A stretch of DNA of 64,000 nt from an uncultured Gammaproteobacteria bacterium (GTDB lineage: Bacteria > Pseudomonadota > Gammaproteobacteria > UBA9214): NCBI GenBank assembly GCA_963827755.1, contig CAWHCQ010000011.1, positions 32,001-96,000 on the forward strand, read 5' to 3'. Positions 63,265 through 64,000 of the stretch are shown one piece after another. Both the position numbers and the translations under genes were made by a program. Numbering within the stretch: position 1 is the first letter of the stretch; each line of letters begins with the position of its first letter. The notes below the pieces were generated by a model that searched no databases, had not been told where the DNA came from, and was given only the letters and a program-made list of their open reading frames with translations.

Positions 63265-63630
63265 AAATACACCGCACAGTCAGAATTACGGGTTTCGCAT
63301 GGACGCTTTTGTGCGTCTCGCCGAAATTACCCGATTCAGGCACTTGACAGGGTGTTGTGTTCAGGGAACAAAACACCTGTCGAATAGTGACAGCTATCCG
63401 GTCAGGAGCACGCGGGGAAAGCGCATGGTTTTCCGGTCGTGCGGCAAGGTGCGGCAGGGCCATGTTCTCCATGTATATTGCTGAAATAAAGAGATAAAAC
63501 GTTCGCGCCCCTGTTATTTTTGTCAAGTTATGCCTGTATCGGGCCGATAAGGAGGTATGCGGGTCTCCCATGACCCGCAGGCGCAAGGATGACGCCCGGT
63601 ATGTGATTACTACTGTTTCCGGAGGCGGGC

Positions 63631-64000
63631 ATGGATAGTAGGCAGGCAAGTCGAATAGCGTTGCAGGGTCTTGTAATGATGACCCTGTCATTCATTGCCT
63701 GCGCCAGTCCGCAACTTCCCAATGATTATTTTCAGCTCGGCTGGCAGGAATACGAGGCCGGTCAGTACAACGCTGCGCTCAGCTACTGGTTGCCGCTTGC
63801 AGACCAGGGCGATGTGAATGCACAACTCAATGTGGGACTGATGTATGACACCGGTCGGGGTGTTGCTGAAGATCCGGCGCGTGCAGTGAGCTGGTATCGT
63901 CTGTCAGCCGAACATGGTCTGGCAGCCGCACAATACAATCTCGGGGTGATGTATGCATCCGGCCGCGGTATCGAACAGGATGCCGGCCAGGCACAATTCT
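63631..64000 (+). CDS. Sel1-repeat (tetratricopeptide) putative lipoprotein, truncated by window end
   Basis: Hand translation: MDSRQ..SFIAC, ADQGDVNAQLNVGLMYDTGRGV, AEHGLAAAQYNLGVMYASGRGI; not in the ORF track because no stop lies in the window. Confidence 0.85.
   Translation, partial: MDSRQASRIALQGLVMMTLSFIACASPQLPNDYFQLGWQEYEAGQYNAALSYWLPLADQGDVNAQLNVGLMYDTGRGVAEDPARAVSWYRLSAEHGLAAAQYNLGVMYASGRGIEQDAGQAQF

Overview
A 64 kb, GC-rich stretch of mostly core chromosome from a gammaproteobacterium. Gene content resembles Chromatiales/Thiogranum-like chemolithotrophs, which is an inference from protein style and gene order. The window holds about 68 CDS and 2 tRNAs (Pro-CGG, Thr-CGT). It includes the conserved ispB-rplU-rpmA-obgE-proB-rpsT-murJ-ribF-ileS-lspA-fkpB-ispH block, argD/argF/argG, nadC, pyrC, rnt, purT, an alpha/beta pyruvate dehydrogenase operon with a fused E2-E3 gene, and several REP-like palindrome families. 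I saw no integrase, transposase, CRISPR array or prophage. The strongest candidates for new biology are three. (1) A bifunctional GAF-PP2C-kinase plus phosphorylatable STAS module heads an mlaE-mlaD-mlaA-mlaC operon that has no other MlaB, suggesting a phospho-switched Mla/MCE lipid transporter. (2) An IscR paralogue has lost all Fe-S ligands, is paired with iscU and sits under a type-1 IscR box. (3) A second near-perfect type-1 IscR box covers the transcription start of an uncharacterised Urate_ox_N/PuuD-like membrane protein. All ten frameshifts found are +1 insertions and are probably sequencing errors. Start codons were chosen by eye and family calls come from motif recognition, not database searches.
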